Below, piece by piece: positions 60,101 through 64,000 of a stretch of DNA of 64,000 nt (its first letter is position 1; each line of letters begins with the position of its first letter). Below the pieces are notes generated by a model. That model had not been told where the DNA came from. It did no database searches and saw only the letters and a program-made list of their open reading frames with translations. The position numbers were made by a program, and so were the translations under genes. The DNA comes from Nitrospirales bacterium (GTDB lineage Bacteria > Nitrospirota > Nitrospiria > Nitrospirales > UBA8639). The DNA is taken from contig CBDBCZ010000013.1 in assembly GCA_965203295.1 (NCBI GenBank), forward strand, positions 32,001 to 96,000, in the 5' to 3' direction.

Positions 60101-63100
60101 ATGCAAACAACGACATGATGCAACATAATTGCGTTTCTTTGCATGAAGTGAGGAGTCTGGATATGAGCTTAGAATTTGTAAACCACAGATTCTTCCATAC
60201 TGATGTATTTATAAAGTCTATTGCAGTGATATCCAAAACACATGCTACAACATACAAACAAAAATGGTAGGCAAGTGTTTACACTTAATATATATATACA
60301 GTTCCATGCACTCACGACTGCAAGATGGCGGTGCAGGTTGAAATTCTGCGCTGTCTACATCCACTAGAGTACATGTTGTGGTTGCATCTCCAATTAGTTC
60401 AAAACCAAAATCGCAAGTGTAAGTAGCCACATCACTGATGGCGGTGCCATTGAAAGTTGTAGTGCCATTGTCAATGTCAGCTGGATCATCACACAATGCT
60501 AGCACAGTACGTAGAACAAGATTCGTTGAATAGTGACCAGACAGAAGCTATCACAATTAATGCGAAGGAGATGAATAACTCTTAACCAACAAAAAAAATT
60601 TAGTGATAGAGTGCAATGTAAATTTATACCGGTATGTAGCTTTTATATTAGACGCTAATACAAAATCAGATTTTATATGGGCACATGAATGTGCCCTTGG
60701 CTGGAAAAGAGTTCATCATGGAATGATGTAAATGGACTAGTGACTTCATAGTACAATGAACAACATGCTACTAAGTTTGACATATAAAATCCAAAATGGC
60801 CTATAGTTATTCTATAGGAAATATTGCATACTCACGTCTGCAAGATGGTGGTGCCGGTAGAAATTCAGCACTGCTCATATTCAATAGTGTACATATTGTG
60901 GTTGCATTTCCGATCAGCTCAAAGCCCAAATCACAGGTGTAAGTAGCCACAACACCAACCGAGTTGCCATTGAAGGTTACCATGCCATTGTCAGTGTCAA
61001 CCGGATCATCACACAGTGCTACGAAGCAAAATTCATGTAAACAATGCCATCATGCAACATAGTTGCAATTGTGTGCAGGGGCTGGGTGGACTGGTAATTT
61101 GGTTACAACTCATATTCATATACATACATAAATCTCTTTATTACAGAACACAAGATAACATAATAGACACATGAAAACAAAATGGCATGTAGTAATAATG
61201 CAGGGTGTTAGTATTTATTCTGTGTACTCACGCCTGCAAGACGGTGGTGCTGGTTGAAATTCTGCTCTGTCAATATCCACCAGTGCACATGTTGTGGTTG
61301 CATTTCCGATCAGTTCAAAGCCCACGTTACAGGTGTAAGCAGCCATATCACCAATGGAATTGCCATTGAATGTCACCATCCCGTTGTCAATGTCAACCGG
61401 ATCATCACACAATGCTGCAAAGTAAGATTGATGTGTACAATGCCATGATACAGCCTACTTGTATTTGTTTGCATGAATGGTTAGAGTAGATACAAGCTTT
61501 AAAGAACAGATTTTTCCACACTGATTTATGTGTAAAACCTATTGCACTGGTAGCCAGAGCACATGCTACTACATACAAACTGAAATGGTACGTAAGCATT
61601 TACACTGAATAAAATCTACTATTTCATGCACTCACGCCTGCAAGATGGTTGTGCAGTTTGAAATTCTGCACTGTCCATATCCACTAGTGTACATGTTGCA
61701 GTTCCATTTCCGATCAGTTCAAAGCCCACAATACAGGTGTAAGTAGCCACATCACCAATGGAATTGCCATTTAATGTGACCATCCCGTTGTCAATGTCAA
61801 CCGGATCATCACACAATGCTGCAGAGTAAGATTCATGAGGACAATGCCATGATATAGCCTACTTGCATTTGTTTGCATGAAGTGGTGAGTGTGCATATGA
61901 GATTAGCATTTGTAAACCACAGAATTGTCCATACTGATATACATGTAAAACCAATATCACTGATAGCCAGAACACATGCTGCCATATACTAACAAAATGA
62001 TAGGTAAACATTTACATCTACTATTCCATGCACTCACGGCTGCAAGATGGCGGTGCAGGTTGAAATTCTGCACTGTCTATATCCACTAGCGTACATGTCG
62101 TGTTTGCATTTCCAATTAGTTCGAAGCCCAAATCGCAAGTGTAAGTAGCCACATCACCGATGATGGTGCCATTGAAAGTTATTGTGCCATTGTTAATGTA
62201 AACCGGATCATCACACAATGCTGCAGAACAAGATTCATAGAATGGTGACTAGACAGTAGCTATCACAAATAATGCACAGGAGATGATTAATCTGGGAATG
62301 ATATAAATGGACTAGTAAATAGACTAATGACTTAATAATACAAAGCACAACATGCTACTAAGATTGACACATGAAATCTAAAATGGCCTGATGCTATTCT
62401 AGGAAATTTTGCATACTCACGTCTGCAAGATGGTGCTGCCGGTTGAAATTCTGCACTGCTCATATTCAACAGTGTACATAACGTGGTTGCATTACCGATT
62501 AGCTCATAGGCAAAATCACAGGTGTAAGTAGCCACATCGCCGATGGTATTTCCAGTAAATGATGCCATACCGTTGTCAATGTCAACCGGAGTCTCACACA
62601 GTGCTGCAAAGTAAGATTCAATGCCATAATGCAGCCTACTTGAATCTGCTTGCATGAAGTAGTGAGTGTGGATATGAGCTTAGAATTTGTAAACCACAGT
62701 CCTCCTCCCTACTGATAAATTTTTTGCACTGATGGCCAGAACACTGCTACAATAAACGACCAAATAAGGTTCGTAGGTGTTTACACTTAATATATTTAGT
62801 ACTCACGCCTGCAAAATGGTGGTGCTGGTTGAAATTCTGCGCTTTTCATATTCGCTAGTTCACATGTTGCAGTTCCATTTCCGATCAGTTCAAAGCCCAC
62901 ATTACAGGTGTAAGTAGCCACATTATTGATGGAAATACCATTGAATGTGACCGCCCCATTGTCAATGTCAATTGGATCATCACACAATGCTGCAAAGTGA
63001 GATTGATGTGTACAATGCCATGATACAGCCTACTTGCATTTGTTTGCATGAAGTGGCGAGTGTGGATATGAGCTTCAAATTTGTAAACCACACATTTTTG

Positions 63101-63742
63101 CCTACTAAAACCTAATGCACTGATAGCCTGAACACATGCTACCGCATGCAAACAAAAATGGTAGGTAAGTGTTTACACTTTACATAATCTACTATTCCAT
63201 ACACTCAAACAGGTTGAAATTCTGCACTGTCTACATCCACTAGAGTATATGTCATGGTTGCATTTCCAATTAGTTCAAAGCCCAAATCGCAAGTGTAAGT
63301 AGCCACAACACCAATGACGGTGCCATTAAAAGTTAGTGTACCATTGTTATTGTCAACCGAAACATCACACAGTACTGCAGAATATAATTTGGTGACTAGA
63401 CAGAAGCTATCACAAATCATGCGCAGAAAATGATTAACCTGGAAATGATGTAAATGGACTAGTAAATGTACGAGTGACTCCATAATACAAAAGCACAACA
63501 TGCTACTAAGATAGACATAAAATGGCTTTTAGTTATTCTGAGACATTTTGTATACTCACGTCTGCATAATGGTGGTGCCGGTTGAAATTCTGCACTGTTC
63601 AAATTCAAAAGAGTACAAATTGTGCTCGTGTTTCCGATCAGTTCAAAGCCCAAATCACAGGTGTAAGTTGCCTCATCACCAATGGAATTTCCAGTGAATG
63701 TCGCCATGCCGTTGTCAATGTCAACCGGATTATCACACAATG
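42175..63742 (-). CDS. Large type-I membrane protein: many Sushi/CCP repeats, 4 EGF, Cys-rich repeat, TM, short NPVF tail (5' end outside the window)
   Basis: About 29 exons of ~183 bp with phase 1-1 boundaries, each encoding LCDDPVDIDNGMVTxxGNSIGDVATYTCxxGFELIGNATTTCxLVDxDSAEFQPAPPSCR, between 46903 and 63742. EGF exon 45195-44596 (DINEC, DIDEC, NIDDC repeats). TM exon 44126-43994 (IIIGSTLAGLLLLVLICLAVIFCKRR). Last exon 42226-42175 (DDSVKINPVFEMEEKQ*). Confidence 0.88.
44596..45195 (-). CDS. Exon with four EGF-like repeats (three calcium-binding type) and a furin-like Cys-rich repeat, part of the Sushi receptor
   Basis: CPIDCQNEGTCV...DINECTVSDPCQNGATC...DIDECTTNNPCVNGTC...NIDDCDPNPCQNGGSC...CDIENCAECEGIPGVCIDCEEGY. 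Confidence 0.9.
45394..46262. mobile_element. Two adjacent, oppositely oriented copies of a TA-flanked MITE
   Basis: TACCGT(T/C)TTTATTCTATTATTACGC TIRs at ~45394, ~45853, ~45856 and ~46262. The internal sequences of the two copies are reverse complements. Confidence 0.8.
53357..63742 (-). repeat. Higher-order tandem repeat of Sushi exons and their introns (4-exon unit, ~1.6-1.75 kb)
   Basis: Four exon/intron subtypes recur in a fixed order. Same-type exons lie at ~57782/59486/61232, ~58314/59902/61636, ~58727/60316/62038 and ~59087/60836/62421. Confidence 0.85.
57168..57750 (+). mobile_element. Intronic MITE-like element carrying a HIRAN-like ORF (57334-57684)
   Basis: Inverted ends (GTAATTCGCTTTTTTT / AAAAAAAGCAAATTACGGTA) with subterminal AAAATAATATTCG repeats. 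The ORF reads CCVRGYHVYKD...IGEELVCGREPTNMADRYAVAV...IGHLPRKISKVCFLFLRIGGSICCTV. Confidence 0.7.
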
Positions 63743-63926
63743 CTGCAGAGCAAGATTCTATGCCAATAATGTAGCCCACTTGAATTGCTTTGCATGAAGT
63801 GGTGAGTGTGGATTTGAGCTTAGAATTTGTAAACCACAGATTCTTCATGACGGATATATGTGTGAAACTTATTACACTGATAGCCAGAACACATGCATAT
63901 ATGTTAAAACAAACAACCAAAAAAGG

Positions 63927-63984
63927 TAGCCTCGAACCCAGCCGTCCCAGCGAAAAAAAGCTGGGACGGCTGGGTTCGAGGCTA
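63927..63984. mobile_element. Palindromic TAGCCTCG...CGAGGCTA mini-element
   Basis: Perfect arms with an A-rich loop and AAAAAAGG on both flanks. Relatives lie at ~6878, 10757, 11667, 18353, 23660, 25149 and 50068. Confidence 0.8.
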
Positions 63985-64000
63985 TAAAAAAGGTATGTAG

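Overview
Eukaryotic, intron-rich animal DNA with GT-AG introns and no operons. The Ig-pair, Sushi and HIRAN-MITE signatures resemble demosponge sequences (inference). I assembled five spliced genes by hand. (1) An MBOAT1/2-like lysophospholipid acyltransferase (minus, 776-9395). (2) SPEF1/CLAMP (minus, 15229-19630). (3) A two-exon secreted six-cysteine peptide (minus, 20012-20294). (4) An ADAM metalloprotease ending in EGF plus three Ig-like domains with no transmembrane segment, carrying an in-frame TAA at 28360 (plus, 25422-30852). (5) SDF2/SDF2L1 (plus, 32238-41392). The last 22 kb hold the 3' part of a sixth gene, a very large type-I membrane protein (minus, 42175 to beyond 63742). It has about 29 intact and 4-5 broken one-exon Sushi/CCP modules, mostly in a four-exon higher-order repeat, then four EGF repeats, a Cys-rich repeat, a TM helix and an NPVF tail. 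Non-coding DNA is dense with non-autonomous DNA transposons (some only 24-28 bp with clean target-site duplications), nested insertions, hairpin elements, minisatellites and a recent tandem duplication. All exon models are read by eye; coordinates marked ~ may be off by a few bases.
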